A stretch of 64,000 bases of DNA, taken from positions 1,426,001 to 1,490,000 of the forward strand of contig NC_043014.1 of assembly GCF_006345805.1 (NCBI RefSeq). The letters are read 5' to 3'. Both the position numbers and the translations under genes were made by a program. This document shows positions 24,973 to 37,200 of this stretch, one piece after another. The notes under the pieces were generated by a model. It did no database searches. It worked only from the letters and a program-made list of their open reading frames with translations, and was not told the origin of the DNA. The stretch comes from Octopus sinensis. Taxonomy: Eukaryota. The number at the start of each line of letters is the position of its first letter. Positions within the stretch are counted from its first letter, which is position 1.

Positions 24973-26297
24973 GTAAGGTTTGGTTTCTTCTGAAGAAAAC
25001 TCCTTCTTCTTTATAATTCCTCATGTTGTTTTGTGTTTACACAAACACTGCTATTTCTGATACCCTTTTATCACACTGCACCCTTCACCCACATGTACCC
25101 CTATGTTTGTGTATTGAGGTGTTTGTCAGAAAACCTTTTAGTGTTGTAGAGGAGGGTACACCCCCAATTACAGAGGTCTGCTGTGACCCTTTTATTGCTG
25201 ACTGGTTGTTACTTGTAAAGTATGTATGTGAGCTATTAGGGGTGGGAGATTTGTATAAAGAAGAAAATTGTCACCACCGTCATTTAACGTCCATTTTCCA
25301 TGCTGTCATGAGTTGGACAGTTTGAAAGTAACCAACAAATGAGAATGCATCAAGCTCCAATGTCTACCTTGATATGGTTTCTATGGCTGGATGCCCTTCC
25401 CAATACCAACCACTTTATTGGGTGTACTGGGTGCCTTTTGTGTGGCACAGGCTCTCATCAGGTTCCTCAGTAATTCACAAAACCTGACCCTTCTACTGAA
25501 TTGGCAGGGGTGGTATTGAGAGAGGTGGCTTCACGCCAGGTGATGAGAAGTTAAAATATGAAAGACAGACAAGAAGAGGTCTTGTTCTAAGGGAGTTACC
25601 ATGGTTACGCCAATCGGAAGAAGAGAAGGATGGTACTGATGATGTGTTAAAATAATGGTGGTGGTGCTTGTGTTGGTGTGGTGTTGTAGGTAGAGCAATT
25701 TATGTTGTAGGTTCAATTCTAACCAAAACCAACTTTACTTTCCATCCTTCTGATGCCAACAAAATAAAGTCTCAATCACCTGTTCCCACCTCCTTCTTAA
25801 TTGCATTGATTACTTTCTTCAGAACAAAATCAATACAACTCCTTAATCACCTGTTGATGAAAGGTGAATTAGACGACAGCTTTTACCTGCACCGATACAC
25901 GGATAACTAAATAGTAATCTAGGAGTATTTTACTCCTGATTCAGTATACTCCTCCCCCCTTGGAATATACTCAGTGGAATGTATCATATTCCTGGTTTAA
26001 TGTTCTCTCTTGCAATATGCAGAGAGTAGTCTGTTGTACTCCTGGTTTAGTGTACTTCCTTGGAAAGTCCAGAGGGCCACTGTATTACAGTCCAGGTTGA
26101 ATGTACTCCCTTTGAGTGTAAAGTTTGTTGTAAAAGCTCAGAGTTGGCAGGGTTTTCTTTATGTTGCCTCTGTCAGCTCTGAACAGACTTAAAGGTAACT
26201 CTTACATAGCACTGAAGGAGCACAGAGGTTGCTGATGGGTAACCCATAGGTGTTTTTGAGGTGACCCAAGATCTTTCCCTAAAGGTATGTCCAAATA

Positions 26298-26850
26298 CAG
26301 AGACATGTAGGGTTTAGCTGTGTCGGGGGTGCAGTGTGGTACTTTACATGTAGGGTTTAGTTGTGTGGACTGCAGGCTGGTGTTTCTCATGTACTGCTTA
26401 GCAGTGTGGCACGCGTGTAGCTGCACGGGGTGCTGTGTGGCACCTCACATGTAGTGTCTAGCTATGTAGAGCACAATGTGGCATTGCACATGGTGTGTTT
26501 AACTGTGGGGGGTGTAGTTCATCTCTCCATTGCTCATGGAGAGATGATCTGCATGGGATGTAATGTTTAGTTATGTAGACTGCAATGTAGCACTCCACAT
26601 GTAGTGTTTAGCTGCGTAGTATTCCATGTGGCATTGCATTTGTAGTGTTTAGCTGCGTATAGTGCAATGTGGCACACCACATGTAGTGTTCAGCTGTGTG
26701 GGATGCAGTGTATTTCATGACATGTACTGTCTAGCTGTGTGACGTGCAGTGCAGCACTGCACATGTGGGACTTAACCATGTGGGCAGCAGTGTAACATTC
26801 CATACCTAATGATTAGCTGTGTGTGGTCAGGGTGCAGTGTGACTCTTCAG
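26298..26850. repeat. Old degenerate ~41-bp minisatellite
   Basis: Consensus about acatgtagtgtttagctgtgtagggtgcagtgtggcactcc, roughly 12 units. Confidence 0.75.
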
Positions 26851-27083
26851 GTGTGTTTCTTCCCTATTTGGTCCCCAGGTATTGTTGTTCATCCCCAAAT
26901 CTGCCTCAATCCAGCTAATCTATATTCAAGATCATTGTTCCAGACATGACCCTCCTTCCTTTCCCATTTGTTGAGAATGGTAGCCATTAGTTGCCTCTTC
27001 ATCTTCATCATTAAATCATTTATTGCAAAAGGGACTCTCTTTCATTATTGGGATTTGCTTTTGGTCCACACACATATCTGTGT

Positions 27084-27121
<38 letters not shown>

Positions 27122-27466
27122 TAATAATTTGAGGGAATATTATTCCTAACTTACAGGGAAAAATTCAATTTAGAAATACTAAATCAAATTTCACAAAATA
27201 AATATATATATAAATTAGAAAAAAAACACCTTTTATCAATTCAAAATGAAAAATTAAATTTACACCATCTAGAAAATTACATATAATAGAAATATTAAAT
27301 ATAAGATAAAAATAATATACCGATGATTAAGTAATGTGCAAAATAATAATAAATAAAACGTATATATTTGGTATACATACATACATATATATATATGTAT
27401 GTATATATATATAGGTATATGTATATACACACACATACATATCTTTCTGTATGTATGTTTGTGACT

Positions 27467-27538
<72 letters not shown>

Positions 27539-28577
27539 TATACACACACACTTACAGGTAATCATCTTTCTTTCAAGCATCTTATTAGAACGTATGACCG
27601 TGTTTCAAGTTTAATGGGAAGTTTTTTTTTTCCCAACTTCCTCGTTAGTCTTTTTGTCTCCAAATCCATTCGCATGATGTTCTGAGACTGTCACAAAGTC
27701 ATTCTCAAAATAAGAATACCACGCAAAAGCTGCAGAAGAATAATTATGAAAATTTTAGAATAGCAATACCATCATCATCATTTAGTGTCTGCTTTCTATG
27801 GGTTGGATGGTTTGACTAGGGACTGGCAGGCCAGGAGGCTGCACCAGGCTCCAATCTGTTTTCGCAAGGTTTCTAGAGCCCTTCCTAACGCTAACCACTC
27901 CGTGAGTGTAGTGGGCACTTTTTATGTGCCACTGGCATGAGAGCCAATCAGGCGGCACTCGCATCGACCCCATTTGGATGCTGCTTTTTATGTGCCACCA
28001 GCATGTAAAACAAACTTATGTTAAAAACACATGCATCACACGTAAAAAAATATATATATTATTTTAAATTGGGTGTTGATGTTTTTTAGATTGTAGAATT
28101 CCTAATATTCTCTGCAATTTAATGCCAAATGCAAAGACAACACCCTGTTGTGACATTTTATTTCCAAAATGGAATTGTGAAGGTCTGAAAAGGTTAGACC
28201 TATGAGTTTAGGAAGAGATCTATTGTAAACCAAGCTTAAGGGACTAATAAGGGAATCTGAAAAATCCTTAGGAAAAAGAGCAAACTTGGTGCTGTTTGTG
28301 TATATATATATTTCTTTTTTCTATTTGGTTTGTAAGGTATTTGATGTGGCATCTCATTAATGAGATTGAGAATGATGATGAAAGAATTTTGACTTGTCTA
28401 GCTGATTGATTGATTGATTGACGAAATGGTTATTCAAACAATCAATTAGATAATTGGGTAAATGTTAACGAATTGAGTACTACTAATAATTAAAGAAGTG
28501 AAATAAAAACCAGTGTATATGTTTATTATTAGCGTAATGATCCTCCCAAGATCCAACAATATATATATATATATATA

Positions 28578-28646
<69 letters not shown>

Positions 28647-30025
28647 TGTTCCCTCTGTTCATGTCCCTTTTGCTCTTCGTTGCTTCATACTCCTTTAATA
28701 ACCAGAAGCTGTCATCCACAAGACTATCGCATACTGTTTCTCATTCTCTAACATCATCCCTCAACTCTAAACATGTCTGTGTGTCCTCGGGCCCCTTACT
28801 CATCATATTCTTGCTCTGCCAATGACTTACCTCAGTTCTTTGTTCCTTTCTTTTCATATTAATGCCACTTTGACATCGCAGTAAATCAGCATTTAACATT
28901 TCCCCTTGCTCTTTGCTACTCTGGCTTCTCTACTCTCTGCCTTATTGTTAATGTTCCTCTTCGATGATTATATATTTCTATTTAATTATCAGTTTACTAA
29001 AGGAATAGCGATTTTGTGTGTATATATGTATTTTGTGTGTGTGTGTGTGTGCTAATATCAAACAGTGAGAATGAGTGCTCAATACCACATTGGTGGATAA
29101 ATATTCTTCAACAAGACTACCAATGGTTTCATGTGAGAAATTCCTCAACAGTTATCAAACCTGTTGCATTGGAATGTTGGTACTAATATCCATTTTGGAC
29201 AAGAATATATGAAGTTACACAAAACTGTACGGGATTTCAGGATAAACAAGAGCTAACTTATAAGGATAAAAAGATTTCCTTATAAGTTACCTCCCATGAT
29301 CTCTTGATAATTGTTAAGAGATTCTCCTTCACGTGAAACCATTTGTAGCCTTGTTAACCCACAAATATATACATACAAGAGTAAGTGAACAAATTAAAGA
29401 AAGTGGCACTCAACCCATTTGGTAGGAGTTACATACATCATTTAATAACAGATTGACTCGGTTCCATATGGCTTAAGTTTTTATGGGCCTGTACGATGCC
29501 CCCATTTCTGTTCATGATATGTGATGAGGTGGATGCCTCGTACAGAGCCACAAAACTTTGTCATATGAAGTTGAGTCACTGTTACTAAAAAAAGATATAG
29601 AGATCTATTTAAGCATACGTTTATGGTAATTTAAAATAATTGTGTTTATTTGGCTGAAAGCAATGGGTTCAATGTTTCAAACTAGGGTTCTTTATTGAGA
29701 AAGTTCAAGAAGAGTGAATTGTATGGGCTGCTGCTAGTGTAATCTTCCTCAATAATGGGAACTTGAGGCCATAATGGCAGACCTTTTACATTCTTCAGTG
29801 TAATTGCATCTGTTTGAGGTCTTAACTGCCTGTATGACAGACTACTACAGAGGATGGCATAGGCCAACCAGTCCTGAAACGCACAACCTCATAAGAATCA
29901 TATTAACTTTGTGTACATTCATCATGATGAAAGTGAGGGAGCCTTTAATGCAAGGGAGAAGACTCTTATCTTTTCCAACATAGGCTTTCACTGGTTGTCT
30001 CATAATCTTTGGGTTTACCTTCATG

Positions 30026-30056
<31 letters not shown>

Positions 30057-30301
30057 ATATATATAGATATACATATATATGTATGTATATGTATGTATAT
30101 GTATGTATATATATATATATATATATGTATGTATTTATATATGTGCCCCCAACATCGCTTGTCAACCAATGCTGGTGTGTTTACGTGGCTGTAACTTAGT
30201 GGTTTGGTAAAAGAGACCGATAGAATAAAGTACCAAGCTTACAAAGAGCAAGTCCTGGCGTCGGTTTGCTTTACCTGAAACAAATAAAAGAATATATATA
30301 T

Positions 30302-30389
<88 letters not shown>

Positions 30390-30487
30390 AACGAGAAGGT
30401 TTACGAAAATAAACAAAAGTTGAAGGCAGGTGGAGTACAAACAAACAAATGTATTAGTATGGCGCTCAGGAATAGAAATAGAACAAG

Positions 30488-30525
30488 TCTTTTACGTTTC
30501 GAGCCTACGCTCTTCAACAGAAAGA
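30488..30525 (-). ncRNA. Minimal type I hammerhead-like motif, A6U core (copy 1)
   Basis: Minus strand: UCUUU / CUGUUGA / A / GAGC-GUAG-GCUC / GAA / ACGU / A / AAAGA. Confidence 0.6.
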
Positions 30526-31124
30526 TACAGATATATATATATGTATGTATTACAATCACATTTGTTGTTGTAATTGCTGGCTAGATAATATAGTGGTTCC
30601 TCCATAATTCAGGCAGATCTCCTCATTATATACTCTCCTCCTAAGTAACCCCTCCTGATGATGCTCTGAGAGTGCATGCACATGTATTGAGTTCACTTTT
30701 AAATTCGTTTGTTTATGTAGAGGTTGATTTCTGTATTTCATTGGCACCAGAACACTTTGTTGTGAAATATAAACCTTGGACACTTACCTTTCTTTTTTAT
30801 CTAGACTCCCCCCTCTCCTTTTTCTACCTTGTTGTTGTTCAATCCACTGCTTCATTGGTGTTGTTGTTGTTGTTTCCAAAATTATATTTCCTTTATTTAC
30901 TCCTGCATTGAGATTTATGCAAATGTAGCTGGGACACTTCGGTGGGTGGGGGGGTGAAGGTGCATGTGTTTGTATGTTTTTTGTTAATATGTTGGGTAAA
31001 GTATTTAGGGTCTAAGTGTGTCCGATTGGTGGGGTCGGTGGGTGGGTATAGATCTACTATATCTGGTGGAAAGGGAATAGATTATGATATCTAATATACT
31101 TGAGGGGTAGTGCTATATATATAT

Positions 31125-31170
<46 letters not shown>

Positions 31171-31265
31171 CAGGAAGGTTTACGAAAATAAACAAAAGAC
31201 GAAGGCAGGTGGAGTACAAACAAACAATGTATTAGTATGGCGCTCAGGAATAGAAATAAAACAAG

Positions 31266-31303
31266 TCTTTTACGTTTCGAGCCTATGCTCTTCGACAGAA
31301 AGC
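31266..31303 (-). ncRNA. Minimal type I hammerhead-like motif, A6U core (copy 2)
   Basis: Minus strand: GCUUU / CUGUCGA / A / GAGC-AUAG-GCUC / GAA / ACGU / A / AAAGA; inside a ~135-bp direct repeat of 30395-30529. Confidence 0.6.
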
Positions 31304-31363
31304 TACACAGAAAAGAAACAAGGAGAGAAAAAAATTGCGTGTAGGGGCTAACGATCCAACATG

Positions 31364-31398
<35 letters not shown>

Positions 31399-31404
31399 AT
31401 ATAT

Positions 31405-31674
31405 ATATATCAAATATAATTAAAACCAGAACACAAAGGATGTTGCCGTACACGTGTTTCAAGCTTTATAAACGACCTGTTCTTACATCAGTGTATAATA
31501 GATATAAAAGATGGTTTAAAGCTCTCTTCAGCCACATACAGCCGCGGCTGAAGAGAGCTTTAAACCATCTTTTATATCTATTATACACTGATGTAAGAAC
31601 AGGTTGTTTATAAAGCTTGAAACATGTGTACCGCAACATCCTTTATGTTCTGTTTTTGATTTTATTTGATATAT
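31405..31674. repeat. Near-perfect ~270-bp palindrome
   Basis: Arms ~31405-31533 and 31546-31674, spacer acatacagccgc; inner ~60 bp perfectly complementary. Confidence 0.92.
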
Positions 31675-32506
31675 TCTCTCTCACCTCTGCCACTATCTGG
31701 CGTATACAGGTGCTTACACTTATCAAGTATTCTCCCTAAATTTGCAGTACTTATATATATATATATATATCATCATCATCATTTAGCGTCCGCTTTCCAT
31801 GCTAGCATGGGTTGGACGGTTCAACTGGGGTCTGTGAAGCCAAAAGGCTGCATCAGACCCAGTCTGATCTGGCAGTGTTTCTATGGCTGGATGCCCTTCC
31901 TAATGCCAACCACTCCGTGAGTGTAGTGGGTGCTTTTTACGTGCCACCCGCACAAGTGCCAGACGGAGCTGGCAAACGGCCACGGACGGATGGTGCTTTT
32001 TATGTGCCACCGGCACGGGGGCCAGGCGAGGCTGGCAACGGCCACATATATATATATATATATATATATACACTATGACTGTGGAGGTGCATGACTTAGT
32101 AGATAGGGTGTTGAACTCATGATTGTAAGGTTGTGGTTTCAATTCCTGGACTAGGCAATGCATTGTATTCTTGAGCAAAACACTCCACTCCACTCTGCAG
32201 GTAAGAATGAGTAATCTTACTCCTTATGGAGTAATGTGAACTTGCTGTATCTGATGGATGGTGTATGGTCTGTTATGGCTAACAGGTGGGGATACATACC
32301 TAGTGTATCTGATGGCTGATGTCTAACAAGTTGGAATATATTCCAAGTATTTCTCATGGGCTGGGGATAAATTCTGGGTGTTGAAATACCTTTTATATCT
32401 GAAGTGTGATGAAATTATGCTATAATATCTAACAGGTGGCTGATTATCTACATCTAATGGGTAATGATATACTATATAAGTGGCACTCCGTCGGTTCCAA
32501 CAATGA

Positions 32507-32861
32507 GGGTTCCGGTTGGTCCAATCAACGGAACAGCCTGCTCGTGAAGTTAACGTGCAAGTGGCTGAGCACTCCACAGACACGTGTACCCTTACTGTAG
32601 TTCTTGGGGGAGATTCAGCGTGACACAGAGTGTGACAAGGCTGGCCCCTTTGAAATACAGGATCAACAGAAACAGGAAGAAAAAGTGAGAGAAAGTTGTG
32701 GTGAAAGAATACAGCAGGGTTTGCCACCACACCCTGCTGAAGCCTCATGGAGCTTTAGGTGTTTTCGCTCAATAAACACTCGCAATACCCAGTCTGGGAA
32801 TTGAAACTGCGATCCTATGACTGTGAGTCCGCTACCCTAACCACTGGGCCATTGCACCTCC
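32507..32861 (-). mobile_element. tRNA-derived SINE ('family D')
   Basis: Minus head ggaggtgcaatggcccagtggttagggtagcggactc with A/B boxes; same family as 41612. Confidence 0.8.
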
Positions 32862-33244
32862 ACGATATGCTGTATATATATATATATTGGGATGATATGC
32901 CTGCTCCATTAGCAACTTGTGTTACGTTTTAAACTGATAGTTTGTCAGCTCACGTATGTCTATATCTCCATAACTTAGCAGTTTGGCAAAAGAGACTGAT
33001 AGAGTAAGTACCAGGTTTACAAAGAATAAGTCCTGGGGTCAATTTGCTCGACTAAAGGCGGTGCTCCAGCAAGGCCGCTGTCAGATGACTGAAACAAACA
33101 AAAGAATATTTCTATGGAAACACACCTGTTTGATTAGTTTTGAAAACAATGAAGAACTTACTCAACTTTTACCATTGTTGATCTCGTGTTTGGAACTATA
33201 AACGAACGTGAAATTTGAAATGGAACGGTTTTGTTTTGACCATT

Positions 33245-33474
33245 TTAACCCTTTCGTTACCATATTTATGTTGAGATGCTCTGTGTTTCTTTCAATTCAT
33301 TTTAAATATAACAAAGAATTTAGTAAAAGCACTTAGTCACCATTCAGCTAGTGTTAGGAACATTAATTGTGACTAAGGTTGGTGGAAGATTTTAATTCAA
33401 AACTTTTGGATGCAAGACATTTGTACTACAGAGCCAGAGCCGGTTCCAGCCAGGTTGGAGTCAAAAAGGGTTAA
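33245..33474 (+). mobile_element. TTAA-flanked piggyBac-type MITE
   Basis: TTAA-CCCTTT ... AAAGGG-TTAA termini. Confidence 0.75.
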
Positions 33475-33499
33475 GAATTATTTCTCTATTATATATATT

Positions 33500-33729
33500 T
33501 TAATCCTTTTGTTACTTAATTTCTGTTGAGATGTTTTGTGTTTCTTTCAATTAATTTTAAATATAACAAAGAATTTAGTAAAAGCACTTAGTTATCATTC
33601 AGCTAGTGTTAGGAACATAAATTGTGACTAAGGTTTGGTGGAAGGTTTTAATTCAGAACTTATGAAAACAGGACATTTGTACTACAGAGCCAGGGGCAGT
33701 TTCAGGCAGGTTGGTATCAAAAGGGTTAA
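33500..33729 (+). mobile_element. Second adjacent copy of the TTAA piggyBac-type MITE
   Basis: Clearly similar to 33245-33474; ends aaaagggttaa. More decayed relatives at ~14159, ~15560, ~56150-56590. Confidence 0.72.
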
Positions 33730-34517
33730 AACAGGAAATTTGCATCATAGAACCAAGAGAATTCTTGATTGGGTAAACGATACGAACAGAGCCATATTTG
33801 CCCCAGAACAGAATATTGAAATACTTGCTGTGTAATAAATGTCATTATTATTGTTGTAATTACAAATAGATAATTAAGAAGCATGGATTCATCTGAAATG
33901 TATGAGCTGTTGTTGTTGCTTTTTGGCTGTTTTGTTGTTGTTTTTTCTTTATTTTCACTATTTGTCCATCTCCACCTGGACAACAAATAACTGAATTGTT
34001 TCATAATAAACATTGTTTTTTTAAAAAAAAATTATTTTTTTTTTACTTTCAACTTTTTGTTTTTATCTTTGAATGTCTCACAACAAACTCTACACGTTTG
34101 TGTGTGTGTGTATATTCACACACACACATATGCATGCATATACATTGTGTGTGTGTGTGAGTGTATTTATGCATACATATGGAAACACACAATGTTTATA
34201 TATACCTGTGCACGCGCATGCATACACACACATACACACACATACACGTAACCCTCATCTCCTTGCATAAAGACACGCCCAACTTTGTGGACCCTGTTGT
34301 CTTGTGAGCTGCGTGGCGACCCTCATTAGTGTGTGTGACATGAGAAATGCGCCCAATCCTCACTGGAAAGTGGCTGGCATTAAGGAGGGCATCCAACCAT
34401 GCCAAACCCGATGGCTGGAGCACAATCCAGTCCCTTGGACCCATCAAATCCTGTTAAACCAAAAACCATCCAGTTCATGCCAGCATAGAAAACAGGAACA
34501 TTAAATGATGATGGATG

Positions 34518-34557
<40 letters not shown>

Positions 34558-35499
34558 TTTCAATTATAGGGACCACTTTAAGTCCCTTGGGTTGTAAGTT
34601 ACAAGGTGAATTTTAACTTGTGCTAGTGCCAAAGAAAAGCACCCAGTGCCCTCTGCCAGGTGGTTGGCATTAAGAAGGATGTCCAGCCCTCGAGATCATG
34701 TCTAAGTAGACACTGGAGTATGATGTCCTTTAATTCATCAGATCAAACTGTCCAACCCATGCCAGCACGAAAGATGAGCTGTGACTGAGAATACTGATGA
34801 TCACACACGTGTGCCCATGTGCAACTGTCTTCTTTCAGTTTCCGTCTATCAAATCCAGTCGTGATTGATCAGCCTAGGGCTATAGTACAGCACACTTGAA
34901 GAAGGTACTGCACAGTGGGACTGAACCTGAAACCTCATTGGTTCAGCCATGCCTGTGTCTCACCCTGCCTACACACACATTTATGGACACACATATACAC
35001 ATTATCCAAGTGAAAATTTTTATTATTACGGATGTGAGCTGACACAACCATCAGTGCGGAAGACAAAATGCTTCGAAGCATTTCATCCAGTCTGTTATGT
35101 TTTGAGTTCAAATTCCACCAAAACTGACTTTGCCTTTCACCCTTTAGGGATTGATAAAACAAAGTACCAGTCAAGTACCGAGATTGATAAAATCAATCAG
35201 CACCCTTCGTCTCCCTAAAATTACTGGCTTTATCCCTAAATTTAAAACCATTATTATTATTATTGTGAAGGTGGTGAGCTGGCAGAGCTGTTAGCATGCT
35301 GGATGAAATACTTAGCAGTATTTTGGCTGTCTTCCCGTCCCGAGTTCAAATTGCACCAAGGTTGGCTTTGCCCTTCATCCTCCATTCGGGGGTCAATAAA
35401 TGAAGTACCAGTCGAGTCCTGGCATTGATGTGATCGACTATCCCCCTCCCCTTAAAATCCTGGCCTTGTGCCTATAGTAGAAAGGATTATTATTATTAT

Positions 35500-35780
35500 T
35501 GGTGGGAAACTACCACCTGTGTCATCTCTTGTGAAAGGTAGGAGAGTCCAGTTTGCTGGACATTGTTGTAGAGCTGAAAAAGAGGTAATTTCTACTCTCC
35601 TCCTCTGGAAGCCATCTACTCGCAATACCAGAGGGCGCACACTCTCCCACCCTGATGTAATCTCCAGGGATACAGGCATCCAGCAACAGGACCTCCGTAA
35701 TGCCATGATGGACCATGAAGTCTGGTGTAGCATGGTAAATTCCATTGTCTCGACCACGGTCGAACAATGATGATGATTAT
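35500..35780 (+). mobile_element. RTE-clade LINE 3' end
   Basis: Open frame LPPVSSLVKGRRVQFAGHCCRAEKEVISTLLLWKP...AMMDHEVW, typical of the RTE ORF C-terminus, followed by a (TGA)n tail. Confidence 0.75.
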
Positions 35781-36578
35781 TATTATTGTTGATTGGCAGA
35801 ATTGTAGAGTGGTGGAATACATGCTCAGCAAAATTTCTTCCGGCTCTTAATGTCCTGAGTTCAAACCCCACTGGGGTCAACTTTGCCTTTCATCTTTTCG
35901 AAGTCAATAAAATAAAGTACCAGCCATTTAGTGGGGGTCAGTGTCGTCTCCTTAAAATTGCTGGCATTGTGCCAAAATTTGAAACAATTGTTCTTGTTTT
36001 TATTCTTATTCTTATTATTCACTTGTTGTTGTTGTTAATGCTGTGGATTTTAAAAAATATTTTTCTTTTCTTTTTATTGATTTATTTAAAAAAAAACAAT
36101 TTCAATTTCGTTTTTGTTGTTGTTGTTGTCACATCCTTTGCTTGGCCTGCCTCTATCTTATCTTGCTTCTTTTTTTTCTTTTTTCTTTTATTTTTTTCTT
36201 CTTCTTCTGGCTTGCTTTTTTTAACCTTTTTACCTCCTCCTCCTCTTGCCCTAACATCCCTCCTACTCCTCACCACTCACCCTCCTTTTAATTAATTAAA
36301 TTTTTTTTTTCCATAATATTTCTCTCTCTCTCTCTTTCCCTGTCATCCTCTCTTCCACTAATACCATCTGCTCTCTTCCTCTCTCTCTCTCTCTCTCTCT
36401 CTCCATTCCCCCTCCCCCCACTGGTTGGCGGTGGATGACAACATACACGGGTGCGGGTGGGTCTGTATTTCATCCTGTTTTTTTTTTCTCTCTCTCCTTC
36501 CTTTTTTTCTTTCTTCTTCTCTGGGGTCGGGGTTCGCCTTTTTTTTTTTCCTTTTTTTTTGAATGATAAAACCTGCAG

Positions 36579-36841
36579 AGTTTGCTGAAACAGATCAGCC
36601 TCGATGGCTACGAGAACAACGGTAACAACAACAACAACACCGGTACCATTGGCGGCAACGGAGAACAGCATCGTGCCGATGACGACCTGCTCTCATCTGA
36701 CGGCAGCCCCGCCCCGACAGATGAGGACGATGACGAAGATGATGACACCATGCCACCAAAACCACCGCGACCGCTCTCAACGCCACCACCGTTAGTCACT
36801 ACGACTACGGCTAAATGTTTGCCATGGAAACCAAAAGTGAG
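36579..36841 (+). CDS. STRIP1: STRIP1 exon 10 (SLLKQISLDGY...N/D-rich linker...KCLPWKPKVR)
   Basis: ctgcag acceptor after poly-T, AG|gtgagt donor; LxKQ..LD and LPWxPKVR motifs; 263 nt. Confidence 0.93.
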
Positions 36842-36984
36842 GTGAGTAACCAAAGTTTGGATAATTGGCGGCAGGGAAGAGATGGGGGGGGGGCAGAGGT
36901 TGTGAGCGGGGAAGGTGCAGGGAGAGGTCCTCTTCGTTTGTTTGTATGTGGGAGTCGGTAATTCCATGTGTTTAATGATTCTGT

Positions 36985-37200
36985 GTGTGGGGAGGTAGTT
37001 TTGTGTGTGGGGGTAGTTCTGTGTGTGTGGGGGTAGTTCTGTGTGTGTGGGGGTAGTTCTGTGTGTGGGGGTAGTTCTGTGTGTTTGTGTGTGGGGTTAG
37101 TTTTGTGTGTGTGGGGGTAGTTCTGTGTGTGTGGTTTCATTTGTATGGGTGTGTGTTTGTGAGCAATTCTCTGTGTGTAAGAGCAGTTCTGTGTGTGTGT
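36985..37200 (+). repeat. G-run minisatellite (gtgtgtgggggtagttct)n in intron 10
   Basis: About 7 units with GGGG(G) runs. Confidence 0.85.

Noticed and set aside
30655-30690. Plus-strand CUGAUGA-UGCUC-UGA-GAGU motif
   Set aside because: The GAAA half of the core is missing (GCAU); relic at best.
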